A stretch of DNA of 64,000 nt from an uncultured Ignavibacteriaceae bacterium (GTDB lineage Bacteria > Bacteroidota > Ignavibacteria > Ignavibacteriales > Ignavibacteriaceae), in assembly GCA_964486645.1 (NCBI GenBank), contig CAZAOG010000002.1:1012-65011 (forward strand). The letters run 5' to 3'. A program made the translations under genes and the position numbers. The notes beneath the pieces were generated by a model, which was not told the DNA's origin, searched no databases, and saw nothing but the letters and a program-made list of their open reading frames with translations. Within the stretch, counting starts at the first letter, position 1, and each line of letters starts with the position of its first letter. Of the stretch, positions 8,135-18,551 are shown piece after piece.

Positions 8135-9598
8135 TTACAAAGCCAATATCCGGCTTTGATATTCTTTTAAGTGAATCATAAATCCTTCTTTTGCTAATTT
8201 ATCGGCACTAATTTTCATATTTGCTTTTGTCAGCAAATCTTTCAAAACAACTTTCGAAGGAAAATTGTTTGTAGGCAGTTTAATTTTGCACCTTGAATTT
8301 TTTGATGAATAATTTACAATTGTTATTGTATATCTATTGTGATACCGCCAATACCAGGCTAAAATGTTTTTATGGGATTCATCCCCGTTGCAGCACATAC
8401 TTGGTACAAGCAAATTGAAATTTCCGTTTTTATATGTTTCGCCGTTTACAATTTCTAAAATTTTACAATAAAAATCTTTTAAGTTTTTTGATACTTTTGC
8501 CTTTTCCGCCCTTCCGAGCTGAATAGGATATTTGATGTTTTCGCCTTCAAGCTGTCCGTCGTAAATCAACTTCATCCCGGGCATAGTCATAAAAGAAACA
8601 ACCGCTGCTTTAATTTTCTTGCCTAAGGCCGTTACCGCTCTGTCCTCATCGTGGTTTTCAAGAAACACAACGGATCTTTTAACATAATTAAAATCTTTAT
8701 TCAAATTGTCCATAATTTTGAATACATCATCATTGATAAACGAATCCAAATAATATTTGCAATATACATAATCAAAGCCCAAATCGAGCAGTTTTGGTTC
8801 CAAATCCCAATAAACCTCGGCAATCAAGGTGAAATCGGGGCTGTGTTTTTTTACTTTTTTTATCGCATCCGACCAGAATTCCGTTTTGTTTTTTTTAATA
8901 TTAAATTTATCGATCGGTCTCATCCAGGTGTTATTAAAAACATTGTTCAGCAAAAGCATTGCCATATCACATCTTACGCCGTCGCAATATTTGGTAAGTT
9001 GTACAAGTTGTTCGGTCATAAATTTACGGGTGTCAGCCGAAAAATAATTCAGCTGCACCGTGTCGGACCAAGCGGGGAAAAACGGGTCTCTTCCGTGGGC
9101 AAGAATAACGTTGTCAACAGTTTTTAACCTAAAGTAAGTTAAAGGATCGTCTTTTAAAAGTTGACTATCTCCTTTAAGAAACAAATGAGGCTTTGTTTTT
9201 GCAACCGAAGAATCGGCTCCGAAGTGGTTGGGAATAAAATCGAGGATAAGTTTTAATCCTATTTTATTCAGTTTTTCTTTTAGATTAATCAGGTCATTAA
9301 ATGTTCCCAAGGCAGGATTTACCCGATAAGAATCGATTGCATATGGTGAACCGATAACATCTTCTTTTTTCCAATCGGGTAAACACTTTTTATATTCCTT
9401 TACCAAACCCGGAACAAGAGCGTATCGGATGTTTTCATCGGGAATCTTCCACACACCCATAAGCCATACAAAATCGAATCCCAAGGTTTTTAAATTTTCA
9501 AAGTACGTTAACGGGACTTCCGATAATTTAACATTCTTACCGAATTTTTTTATCCACACACGTGTGTTAATTTCATAAAGTTTTGTATTAAAATTCAT
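8135..9598 (-). CDS. GH13 alpha-amylase-family glycoside hydrolase, cytoplasmic (no signal peptide)
   Basis: All four GH13 conserved regions are visible: LILDFIPNH, GVRCDMAM, LIAEVYW and FLENHDEDR. Confidence 0.8.
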   Translation of the reverse strand: MNFNTKLYEINTRVWIKKFGKNVKLSEVPLTYFENLKTLGFDFVWLMGVWKIPDENIRYALVPGLVKEYKKCLPDWKKEDVIGSPYAIDSYRVNPALGTFNDLINLKEKLNKIGLKLILDFIPNHFGADSSVAKTKPHLFLKGDSQLLKDDPLTYFRLKTVDNVILAHGRDPFFPAWSDTVQLNYFSADTRKFMTEQLVQLTKYCDGVRCDMAMLLLNNVFNNTWMRPIDKFNIKKNKTEFWSDAIKKVKKHSPDFTLIAEVYWDLEPKLLDLGFDYVYCKYYLDSFINDDVFKIMDNLNKDFNYVKRSVVFLENHDEDRAVTALGKKIKAAVVSFMTMPGMKLIYDGQLEGENIKYPIQLGRAEKAKVSKNLKDFYCKILEIVNGETYKNGNFNLLVPSMCCNGDESHKNILAWYWRYHNRYTITIVNYSSKNSRCKIKLPTNNFPSKVVLKDLLTKANMKISADKLAKEGFMIHLKEYQSRILAL

Positions 9599-9632
9599 TT
9601 TAGGCAGGTATATTCAATAATTAGGGTTTCTC

Positions 9633-10685
9633 TTACATTTTTGCAATCTTATAATTCTTAAATGCAAAATAAATTTCCTGAGAAGCGGTTTTAATAACGG
9701 ATGCAACAGGAATTGCCAACAACATTCCTATTATACCAAAGAACTGGCTTCCGGCAAGAATTAAAAGAATAATTATAATAGGATGCATATTAACGCTTTT
9801 GGAAAAAACAAATGGCTGAACAATACCGTTATCAATAGTATATATAAACAATATTAAAATTATAATTGCCGGTACTTGAGACAGATCTCCGTATTGGATA
9901 ATAGAAATTATTATGGCGGGAACACCGCCAATTACCGGACCAAAATACGGCACAAGATGTCCCAATCCGGCAATCACACCCAAAGGCAAAGCATTTTTAA
10001 CGCCGATGATATATAATCCGAAACCAAGCAGCAAACCGACGAACGTTGCATCAAAAATCCAGCCTCTTACGTATCTTCCCAATTGACTATTCATTCTTTT
10101 AAGAATCCAGTAAGACATTTCAAAATATTTATTAGGGATTATTGAAACAACGCCTTTCATAATCGAACTTCTGTCTTTAAGAAGCATGAATGTTATAAAA
10201 GGAACAATCACCAAAATAGAAATGACTGAAACAATGCTTGAAAGAACGGTGGAAATTTCCTCAAAGGAATTTATTATTCCCGATTTGATGAAATCCTCTA
10301 CCTTGTCGGAAAGTTCTCCCGAAGTAAAAAACGGCAAAAATTTATGTATTTCATTTTCAACGGCTACTATTTGATCGTGAATTGAATATATCTGAAGCGC
10401 TTCCCTTAAATGATTCATTTGTAAAATAAACTTAGGCACAAACATTGAAAGAGAGAAAAACAGCAGGAAACCTACGACAACATAAACAATTGTTACAGAT
10501 AAAAACCGATTGAAGCCTTGCTTTTCAAGTGCTTTGGCAAAAGGCTCAAATATAAAAGCCAAAAGAACGGAGATAACTAAAATTATAATTAGATCCGTAA
10601 GAAGATATGCAATATAAAGTATGATGACCGCCGTAATCACCCATAATAATATTTTTAACGTTTTCTTTTGAACAGGTTCATTCAT
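9633..10685 (-). CDS. AI-2E / PerM (UPF0118) family transporter
   Basis: 350 aa and polytopic, with the characteristic GLGHLVPYFGPVIGGVPA segment. Confidence 0.85.
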   Translation of the reverse strand: MNEPVQKKTLKILLWVITAVIILYIAYLLTDLIIILVISVLLAFIFEPFAKALEKQGFNRFLSVTIVYVVVGFLLFFSLSMFVPKFILQMNHLREALQIYSIHDQIVAVENEIHKFLPFFTSGELSDKVEDFIKSGIINSFEEISTVLSSIVSVISILVIVPFITFMLLKDRSSIMKGVVSIIPNKYFEMSYWILKRMNSQLGRYVRGWIFDATFVGLLLGFGLYIIGVKNALPLGVIAGLGHLVPYFGPVIGGVPAIIISIIQYGDLSQVPAIIILILFIYTIDNGIVQPFVFSKSVNMHPIIIILLILAGSQFFGIIGMLLAIPVASVIKTASQEIYFAFKNYKIAKM

Positions 10686-10756
10686 ACTTAGACATTATTT
10701 TTAATTGCTATATATAAATAATAATTTTCGGACAGATTTCAAATAAGAAAATTTTT

Positions 10757-10990
10757 TTATTGAGTCACGGCTTCAATCCTCTTTATTTCAGGGATATCAT
10801 TCATCAACGCTCTTTCAATTCCGGCTCTTAACGTCATTATGCTTAAAGGACATTCTTTGCAGGCTCCTGTTAATCTTACCTCAACAATTCCATCATCCGA
10901 AAATCCGACCAATTCAACATCACCGCCGTCAGCCTGCAAAAAAGGTCTTATTGCTTTTAAAGAATCTAATATTTCCTTTCGATTAAGCAT
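10757..10990 (-). CDS. NifU C-terminal-domain Fe-S cluster protein (77 aa)
   Basis: LQADGGDVELV and the CxxC in TGACKECPLS. Confidence 0.85.
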   Translation of the reverse strand: MLNRKEILDSLKAIRPFLQADGGDVELVGFSDDGIVEVRLTGACKECPLSIMTLRAGIERALMNDIPEIKRIEAVTQ

Positions 10991-11016
10991 AAAATATTAT
11001 ATGAAATTTACAATAA

Positions 11017-12114
11017 CTAATTGTTCAGCACAATTTCAATATCGTCATCGGAATTCAAATTTCTCTTATCAACTTCTTTGGCCAAATTCCTTGATATTTC
11101 AAGTATAACTTTTTCTTGTGCAGAATTATCTTTATCGTAAACAATGGGTTTACCTTCGTCGCCGCCTTTTCTAATCTGCGGGTCAATCGGTACGCCGCCC
11201 AAAAACGGAATGTTTAATTTAGTAGATAAGTCCGAGCCTCCGCCCGTACCGAAAATATCATACTTTTTGCCTGTATCGGGTGCAAGGAAATAACTCATAT
11301 TTTCAACAATGCCTAAAACGGGAACATTCACGCGTTCGAACATTTTCAAAGCTTTTCTTGCATCAATAAGAGATACTTCCTGCGGAGTAGTAACAATTAC
11401 GGCACCGGAAAGAGGAACTGTTTGGACGAGGGTAAGTTGAATATCGCCTGTTCCGGGAGGCATATCAAAAATAAGATAATCCAGCTCTCCCCATTCAACG
11501 TCGGTCATAAATTGCTTTATCGCACCGCTTGCCATCGGTCCCCTCCAAATAACCGGAGCATTGTCATCAATAAGCAAACCGATTGAAATTACTTTAACAC
11601 CGAAATTTTCAAGTGGAATAATTTTCATGGAAGAGGCGGTTTTATATACCTTGGGTCTTTCGGTAATCCCAAGCATTAAAGGAACACTCGGCCCGTAAAT
11701 ATCAGCATCTATCAAGCCCACTTTAGCTCCGTCTTTAGCCAAAGCAACCGCGATATTAACCGCAATAGTACTTTTACCGACCCCGCCTTTACCGCTTGCT
11801 ACGGCAATTGTGTTTTTAACACCGGGCAGCAGCATATTTTTTTCCTCGTTATGGTGTGCCGAAACAGTACCCTGCAGATGAAGATCGATGTTTTCCACTT
11901 GGGGAAAATCGGTTTGAAGTACATTTCTAAGTTTGGTTTGCATTTCATCATTTATTTCGGAAATAGGCTGAGGAAGGGAAATAGTAATTGATAAAAAATT
12001 ATCTTCCGCTTTCAGTTCTTTAATTGAATTAAGAGTCAATAAATTTTTATTAAGTTTATCATCGTCAATTTTTTTAATTGAGTTTAGTATATCGGATTTT
12101 GTTATATCGTTCAT
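11017..12114 (-). CDS. mrp: Mrp/ApbC/NBP35-family Fe-S cluster carrier ATPase with an N-terminal DUF59-like domain
   Basis: Deviant Walker A VASGKGGVGKST, plus DMPPGTGD. Confidence 0.9.
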   Translation of the reverse strand: MNDITKSDILNSIKKIDDDKLNKNLLTLNSIKELKAEDNFLSITISLPQPISEINDEMQTKLRNVLQTDFPQVENIDLHLQGTVSAHHNEEKNMLLPGVKNTIAVASGKGGVGKSTIAVNIAVALAKDGAKVGLIDADIYGPSVPLMLGITERPKVYKTASSMKIIPLENFGVKVISIGLLIDDNAPVIWRGPMASGAIKQFMTDVEWGELDYLIFDMPPGTGDIQLTLVQTVPLSGAVIVTTPQEVSLIDARKALKMFERVNVPVLGIVENMSYFLAPDTGKKYDIFGTGGGSDLSTKLNIPFLGGVPIDPQIRKGGDEGKPIVYDKDNSAQEKVILEISRNLAKEVDKRNLNSDDDIEIVLNN

Positions 12115-12447
12115 TTTTTTTCCGTATTATTATATATTAATTGAAGTGCTAATTTATAAAAATTATACGTTAATTTATACGGAAATGTTTATACTACAAA
12201 CGGGAGAATTTGAATTTTTAGAACTGAAAAACGATTTCTTATCTTCTCCGTTCTTCTTACGTTATTTTACATTCTTAAAAAACAAGACCCCTCTTCAACG
12301 TTTTTTTTTGAATTTGCCGCTTGGGTGAAACCGGGATTTAATTTTTCATTTTTATAAACCGTTTCAAAGTGTTGTTTCTGCGAATGTTGTACCCCGTAAT
12401 TTTATACTATCCCTTGTTTTCCGTATTTTTACAGAAAAAATTTTTAT

Positions 12448-13137
12448 ATGGAAGAAAAGAAAACAGCTGTTGTTGCTTTAAGCGGAGGAATGGATAGCTG
12501 CGTTACGGCGGCAATTGCATCACGAGATTACAACCTCGCTTTAATCCATATAAATTACGGACAAAGAACCGAGAAGAAAGAATTAAAATCATTTAACGAT
12601 ATTGCAGAATATTACGGAGTAGAAAAAAAACTTGTCATCGATTTTCCGCACTTTAAAAAAATCGGCGGCTCTTCGCTTACCGATAAAAAAATCAAAGTTT
12701 CTGCTGCCGAATTAGACACCGATAAAATTCCTTCTTCGTATGTTCCTTTCCGTAATGCAAATATTTTGTCCGCCTGCGTGAGCTGGGCGGAAGTAATCGG
12801 TGCCGAAGCTGTGTTTATCGGTGCCGTTTTTGAAGATTCTTCCGGTTACCCTGACTGCCGGCCGGAATTTTTTCAATCGTTTGAGCAATCAGTTAATAAG
12901 GGAACAAAACCGGAGACAAAAATTAAAATAGTAACGCCGATAATTACTATGTCAAAAAAAGAAATAGTTTTAAAGGGCTTTGAATTGAATGCACCTTTGG
13001 AATTAACTTGGTCTTGCTACCAAAACGAATACGAAGCCTGCGGAGTTTGCGACAGTTGCGCACTACGTTTACGAGGGTTTCAACAAGCAGGCAAAGAAGA
13101 CCCCATAAGTTATAAAGTAAGACCGATATATTTATAA
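12448..13137 (+). CDS. queC: 7-cyano-7-deazaguanine synthase
   Basis: VVALSGGMDSCV PP-loop and a C-terminal Zn cluster CYQNEYEACGVCDSCALR. Confidence 0.93.
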   Translation: MEEKKTAVVALSGGMDSCVTAAIASRDYNLALIHINYGQRTEKKELKSFNDIAEYYGVEKKLVIDFPHFKKIGGSSLTDKKIKVSAAELDTDKIPSSYVPFRNANILSACVSWAEVIGAEAVFIGAVFEDSSGYPDCRPEFFQSFEQSVNKGTKPETKIKIVTPIITMSKKEIVLKGFELNAPLELTWSCYQNEYEACGVCDSCALRLRGFQQAGKEDPISYKVRPIYL

Positions 13138-13155
13138 TAATTAACAGGTAATAAA

Positions 13156-13515
13156 ATGGAAGAAAAGAAAAAATTATTGGAAGTTTTTGTAAACTCCCAT
13201 CCGAACAGGAACTATACCGTAACACACGAAGCACCGGAATTTACCTCTGTTTGTCCGAAGACCGGACAGCCGGATTTTGCAACCGTAACAATAGAATACG
13301 TACCGGATAATTTATGCATTGAATTAAAATCGTTAAAATTGTATTTAAACTCATATCGCAACGACGGAATTTATTTTGAAAACGTTACCAATAGAATTCT
13401 TGACGATCTTGTTGAAGTCTGCAAACCGAGATATATGCTGGTTACAGCCGACTTTAACGTTAGGGGCGGTATCGCTTCAATGGTTGAAGCGGAATATGTT
13501 AAAGACGAAAGATAA
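13156..13515 (+). CDS. queF: NADPH-dependent 7-cyano-7-deazaguanine reductase (short type I)
   Basis: [17 protein letters not shown] motif; 119 aa. Confidence 0.9.
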   Translation: MEEKKKLLEVFVNSHPNRNYTVTHEAPEFTSVCPKTGQPDFATVTIEYVPDNLCIELKSLKLYLNSYRNDGIYFENVTNRILDDLVEVCKPRYMLVTADFNVRGGIASMVEAEYVKDER

Positions 13516-13517
13516 AT

Positions 13518-16088
13518 ATGACTGAGACTCAACGACAAAAAGAAAAATTTTTAAAAGCCCGGAAAAAACTTTTTGAAAAGGGAATGCATCAAAAAGATGC
13601 TTTGAAATTTTCTCTTGAGTATAGTCTGCTTGTTGAAGCTTATATAAGAACAATTGCAGGAAATAAAAGATATAATTTCTCACTAACATCTGCGGGCAGC
13701 TTCAGCAGAAGAGAGCTGTCGCCGTATTCAGATATCGATTTAATTTTTATTACAGATTCGTTAAAAGCAAGTGAAAACGACATATTTAATTTAGTGCAGT
13801 TGTTTTGGGATAACGGTATTGAGGTCTCTCATACGGTGAGAACTTTTTCCGATATTAAAAAATATTTAGAAACCGATCTGCACGTTTTCACACAATTTTT
13901 TGAAACACGTCATCTGTTGGGTTCGGCTAAGATTTATAAAGAGTGGAAAGAAAACCTGTTTAACTCAATTACCAGACCTGTAAAAATAAATCTTCTTAAT
14001 AAACTGATAAACGACATTGAAGAGCGGTATAAAAAATACGGCGATTCGCCTAAAGTAATAGAACCCAATGTTAAAATGTCTGCCGGAGGATTAAGAGATT
14101 TTCAAACGGTGGAATGGATGTATATACTTTATACGAAGTCAATGCTTCACAAGCAAAACGAACTTACACAAGCTGAAATTTTTATTGAACAATTAAGAAA
14201 GAAAAAATTAACCTCACCCCAGGAATGTAACCGCCTGATAAACAGCTATAAACTTGTTCTTTACGTCAGAAATATTTTGCATCTGATTGAAAATCAAAAG
14301 ACAGACAGATTTGAATTTATGTATCAGAAAAAAGTAGCCAAAAGGATACATAACAGTCCAAAAGCTCTTTCACAATTTATGCAGGAATATTTTAGAGCAA
14401 CAAATGTTATTTATCGTTTTACAAAATCGATGAGGAAAAAATTTGACGAGGAGATTTCGCACCCGCTTCCGGAATCTTTAAATATACTTTTGGACGAACA
14501 TTTTGTCTTAAGAGGAAAAACAATTTCGCATCACTCTGCTTCCAATTTGGAATTATCGGATGTAATAAGAGCTTTTTATTACAGAGGATTACACACGGCG
14601 CATTTTGACGAAAGCTTAAGATCCGAAATAGTAGAAATAGTGGAGGAAGCAGAAGATACAAACAACCCGGGTACGGAATCTTCTGTTTTTTTTAGAGAAA
14701 TTTTAAAGCTGCCTAAAAATGTCGGTCACACTTTATCCGCAATGAATGAACTCGGTGTACTCGGTGTTTTTATGCCCGAATTCAAAGACGCTATCGGTTT
14801 TATGCAGCACGGTGTTTATCACTGTTATACGATTGACGAACATACAATAATGACCATAAAAAATCTTGAAAAGTTAACCAACTTAAATTCATCCCCGGGA
14901 AAAATTTACCAAAGTATAAAAGACAAAGATATTCTTTACCTGGCAATGTTGTTTCACGACATTGCAAAGTCAATAAACATTGCCGGTCACGAAATAATCG
15001 GCGCCGAAATGACCGCCACAATTATGCAAAGATTGGGTTACGAAGAAGAAGAAATTAATTTGGTTTCTTTCTTGGTAAGAAACCACCTGCTGATGGAACA
15101 GGTTGCATTCAGACGTAATTTAAATGACGCAGAAACTCTTGATAAATTTTACAGCAATTTTAATACTTTTAAAGAACTAAAATTATTATACCTTGTCACC
15201 TACGCCGATCTTTCGGCTGTAAATTCTGTAATTTGGACATCTTGGAAAAGTGATCTGCTCACGGAACTTTTCAGCAAAATTAAAACAATGCTCGAACAAA
15301 AAATATCGGGTGAGGAATATCTGATTTCCAAAACGTATGTTGTTCCTAAAGATATAAGCAAATTTTCACCCGAAATAACCGAATCAAATGTTCATGATCA
15401 TATCAAATCAATAAACGATATCGGTTATACCAACTATTTTTCGGAAGAAGAAATTGCCAAACATATTGTGGAAATAGAACGGGGAAGCAATTTGTCCGTG
15501 CTTTTCAACAACATCGGAAGCTTTACCAATATTACCATTATTACAAAAGATTTTCCCGCGCTGCTTTCAAAACTTTGCGGAGTAATGTTGATAAATGATT
15601 TAAACATCCACGACGCTAAAATATTTACAAGAAAAGACGGAATTGTAATTGATACGTTTAATGTGTCGGATTTTAGAACCAATGAAAAAATAAACGAGGA
15701 TAAATATCCCGTAATTAAAAATAATTTATACGACGTTATCACAGGGTTTTTAAAGTTAGACCAAGAAATTGAAAAACTAAAAACCAAATGGTGGAGAATA
15801 GAAAAGAAATTTTTCCGGAGAAGCGGAAAGATTCAAATAGATTTTGAGAAGCACGATAAATATACTATCCTTGATATTTTTTCACCCGACAGGCTCGGCT
15901 TTTTATTTCAAGTAACTAATAAAATGAACGACCTTGGTCTGATGATTTATTTTGCAAAAATCTCCACCAGAGGCGACGATATTGTCGACTCGTTTTATGT
16001 GCTTGACAGAGAAGGAAAAAAAGTTTCGCCAAATGATTATGAATTCGTTAAATCGGAATTAATAAGTTCCATTGAGGAGATAAATTGA
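13518..16088 (+). CDS. glnD: [Protein-PII] uridylyltransferase / uridylyl-removing enzyme
   Basis: Nucleotidyltransferase motif GSFSRRELSPYSDIDLIF, HD domain (LFHDIAK), and two C-terminal ACT-like repeats; 856 aa. Confidence 0.85.
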   Translation: MTETQRQKEKFLKARKKLFEKGMHQKDALKFSLEYSLLVEAYIRTIAGNKRYNFSLTSAGSFSRRELSPYSDIDLIFITDSLKASENDIFNLVQLFWDNGIEVSHTVRTFSDIKKYLETDLHVFTQFFETRHLLGSAKIYKEWKENLFNSITRPVKINLLNKLINDIEERYKKYGDSPKVIEPNVKMSAGGLRDFQTVEWMYILYTKSMLHKQNELTQAEIFIEQLRKKKLTSPQECNRLINSYKLVLYVRNILHLIENQKTDRFEFMYQKKVAKRIHNSPKALSQFMQEYFRATNVIYRFTKSMRKKFDEEISHPLPESLNILLDEHFVLRGKTISHHSASNLELSDVIRAFYYRGLHTAHFDESLRSEIVEIVEEAEDTNNPGTESSVFFREILKLPKNVGHTLSAMNELGVLGVFMPEFKDAIGFMQHGVYHCYTIDEHTIMTIKNLEKLTNLNSSPGKIYQSIKDKDILYLAMLFHDIAKSINIAGHEIIGAEMTATIMQRLGYEEEEINLVSFLVRNHLLMEQVAFRRNLNDAETLDKFYSNFNTFKELKLLYLVTYADLSAVNSVIWTSWKSDLLTELFSKIKTMLEQKISGEEYLISKTYVVPKDISKFSPEITESNVHDHIKSINDIGYTNYFSEEEIAKHIVEIERGSNLSVLFNNIGSFTNITIITKDFPALLSKLCGVMLINDLNIHDAKIFTRKDGIVIDTFNVSDFRTNEKINEDKYPVIKNNLYDVITGFLKLDQEIEKLKTKWWRIEKKFFRRSGKIQIDFEKHDKYTILDIFSPDRLGFLFQVTNKMNDLGLMIYFAKISTRGDDIVDSFYVLDREGKKVSPNDYEFVKSELISSIEEIN

Positions 16089-16909
16089 ATTTTATAGAAA
16101 AAGACAAGCCGATAGGAATTTTTGATTCCGGAATCGGGGGTTTAACCGTAGTAAAAAGATTAGCCGCAACTCTTCCCAACGAAAACCTTGTTTATTTCGG
16201 AGATACGGCCCGTGTTCCTTACGGCTCTAAATCAAATTCTACCGTAATTGAATATGCGCTGCAGGACGCAAAATTTTTAATAAAGAGAAATGTCAAATCA
16301 ATAGTAGTAGCCTGCAACACCGCATCATCGGTAGCCATTAAATCATTAAAAGAAAAATATGATATACCGATAATAGGTATGATTGAGTCCGGGACGGAAT
16401 CCGCCCTTAAATCAACAACGAATAAAAAGATAGGGGTAATAGGTACCAGATCAACAATCGATAATAAAGCATACTCCGCATCGCTGAAAAATAAAGATGA
16501 AAGTATTACCGTTTATGAAAGAGCCTGTCCGCTGTTTGTCCCCTTAGCCGAAGAAGGATGGATCGATCACAAAGCCACTTTTGAAATTGCGAAGGAATAT
16601 TTAAACGACTTAAAAGAAAAGAGCGTAGACACTTTGATATTGGGATGCACGCATTATCCCATTTTGGCGGATGTAATTCAAAAAGTCATCGGTGAAAACG
16701 TAAAACTTATTGATTCGGGCATTGCCGCCGCAGAATTGGTTAAAACGGAGATTGAACGCATAGGCTTGCTAAATAACTCAAATGTATTGGGCAGAAAAGA
16801 CTTTTACGTTACCGATATACCGAAAAAGTTTAAAGAGATAGCCGAGTTGTTTTTAAGCTCACCCATTCAGGAAGTTAAAAAAGTTGAGCTTGAGGATATT
16901 TGGGAATAA
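16085..16909 (+). CDS. murI: Glutamate racemase
   Basis: IGIFDSGIGGLTV, VVACNTAS and ILGCTHYP. It overlaps glnD by 4 nt. Confidence 0.93.
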   Translation: MNFIEKDKPIGIFDSGIGGLTVVKRLAATLPNENLVYFGDTARVPYGSKSNSTVIEYALQDAKFLIKRNVKSIVVACNTASSVAIKSLKEKYDIPIIGMIESGTESALKSTTNKKIGVIGTRSTIDNKAYSASLKNKDESITVYERACPLFVPLAEEGWIDHKATFEIAKEYLNDLKEKSVDTLILGCTHYPILADVIQKVIGENVKLIDSGIAAAELVKTEIERIGLLNNSNVLGRKDFYVTDIPKKFKEIAELFLSSPIQEVKKVELEDIWE

Positions 16910-16917
16910 TAATTACA

Positions 16918-17895
16918 TCACCCCTCAAACAATTTCTTCAATTTTTTCTTGTCCTTTGTTTTGCCCAAAGCCAATATTAATTTAATTCTTGCCTTTTGTC
17001 CGTTTAAATATTCCGCAAAAATAACCCCGATATTGTGCAAATGTTTTCCCGCACCGGGATAACTGTAAATATCCAACGTTTCGCCCGCGGGACAGCGTGA
17101 TACCAAAACAACGGGGATATCTTTTTTTACGGCATATTCAATACCTTCAAAAACAGGAGGAGGCACGTTGCCGACGCCCAGAGCCTCAACAACAATCCCC
17201 TCCGCTCCGCTGTCTGCGGAATATTTAAAAAACTTTTCGTCCATTCCCGCATAAACGGTCAGCATATCTACGTTATCATTTATTTTATTTGTCTTAATTA
17301 TCTCAAGTTTTCTTGGTAATCTATTTAAAATCACTTTCCCGTTTTCCACAAAACCCAGAGCGCCAAAATCAAGACTGCTGAAAGTATCCAGCTCGTCGGT
17401 GTATGTTTTGGTTACTTCGCTCGCCGCGTTAATTTGGCTGTTCAAGCATACAAGTGTTCCTAATTTTTTGCAATTAGGGTTTAAACAAACTTGGATGGCA
17501 TCTTTTAAGTTTTGCGGACCGTCCCAATCGGGTTCCGAACTGTTTTTCATAGACCCTATTACAACTATGGGAATTTCCGTATCGATTGTTAAGTCAAGAA
17601 AATAAGCCGTTTCTTCCAGAGTATCCGTACCGTGCGTAACTATAACCCCTTCATAGCTTTTTTCTTTTATTAACCGTTTGATTTTATTTGAAAGTTTAAA
17701 CATTAACTTCGGCGTCATATGGGGACCGGGATATTTGCCGAAATCGTAACAAGTTAAATTAGCCAGCTTTTTAGCCTCAGGTATCTTGTTCAATAATTCG
17801 GTTCCCGAATATCTGGGTATGGCACCTCCCGTTGATTTATCAATCATCATTGAGAAAGTACCGCCGGTAAAAACAACTAAAATATTTTTCTTCAT
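16918..17895 (-). CDS. ansA: Type I L-asparaginase
   Basis: VVFTGGTFSM and VTHGTDTLEETAYFL motifs. Confidence 0.85.
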   Translation of the reverse strand: MKKNILVVFTGGTFSMMIDKSTGGAIPRYSGTELLNKIPEAKKLANLTCYDFGKYPGPHMTPKLMFKLSNKIKRLIKEKSYEGVIVTHGTDTLEETAYFLDLTIDTEIPIVVIGSMKNSSEPDWDGPQNLKDAIQVCLNPNCKKLGTLVCLNSQINAASEVTKTYTDELDTFSSLDFGALGFVENGKVILNRLPRKLEIIKTNKINDNVDMLTVYAGMDEKFFKYSADSGAEGIVVEALGVGNVPPPVFEGIEYAVKKDIPVVLVSRCPAGETLDIYSYPGAGKHLHNIGVIFAEYLNGQKARIKLILALGKTKDKKKLKKLFEG

Positions 17896-18008
17896 AATTT
17901 TTTTTCCTCTTCTTAAATATAATGGAAACTTTAATTTTTACATATATTTTCCGACTTGAACAAGGGATTTTTTAAGTCTATTTTTAAATTAGTTAATTAG
18001 GAGATTTT

Positions 18009-18551
18009 ATGTTAATAGTTGAAGATGTTGATTTAACGCCGAATCCGCAGGCTTTAAAATTTATTTTGAACGAAAAATTATTGGACCTTGAAACGAGACA
18101 GTTTTCAAGCAAAAAAGATGCGGAGAAAGACCCTTTGGCAAAGGGAATTTTTGAGATTGAAGGTGTGGTATCCGTTTTTTATATGGATAAATTTATTACC
18201 GTTGAAAAAGCGAAGGACACGGATTGGAGTAAAATTCAAAAACCTTTTATTAATTTTTTAAAATCATTCGACGCCGCTTTGATCCCGAAAGAAAAAGATG
18301 CTGATTTAATTGATGAAAATGCAAGTGAACTTTTAAAACAAATAAATAAAATATTGGACCTGAGAGTGCGACCGGCACTTGCCGGTGACGGCGGAGGTTT
18401 GGAAGTGCTGGGATTACACGGCAACACCGTGAAAATAAGATACCAAGGTGCCTGCGGAAGCTGTCCGACCTCTATCAGCGGCACACTACAGGCAATTGAA
18501 GCGTTGCTGCAAAGAGATATAAACCCCGCAATACAAGTTGTTGCCGCATAA
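18009..18551 (+). CDS. Nfu/NifU-family Fe-S scaffold or carrier (Nfu_N plus NifU C-terminal domain)
   Basis: C-terminal IRYQGACGSCPTSISGTLQAIE and an N-terminal Nfu_N-like domain. Confidence 0.85.
   Translation: MLIVEDVDLTPNPQALKFILNEKLLDLETRQFSSKKDAEKDPLAKGIFEIEGVVSVFYMDKFITVEKAKDTDWSKIQKPFINFLKSFDAALIPKEKDADLIDENASELLKQINKILDLRVRPALAGDGGGLEVLGLHGNTVKIRYQGACGSCPTSISGTLQAIEALLQRDINPAIQVVAA

Noticed and set aside
8651-9127. 158-aa plus-strand ORF inside the GH13 gene
   Set aside because: It is antisense to a gene with all four GH13 motifs, and nothing supports it independently.
12115-12447. preQ1 riboswitch upstream of queC
   Set aside because: I could not find a short P1 stem followed by the A-rich ...AAAAAACUA tail typical of preQ1-I, nor anything resembling classes II or III. 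Only a loose hairpin (acgggagaa...ttctccgt) is present. A covariance-model scan would be needed to overturn this.
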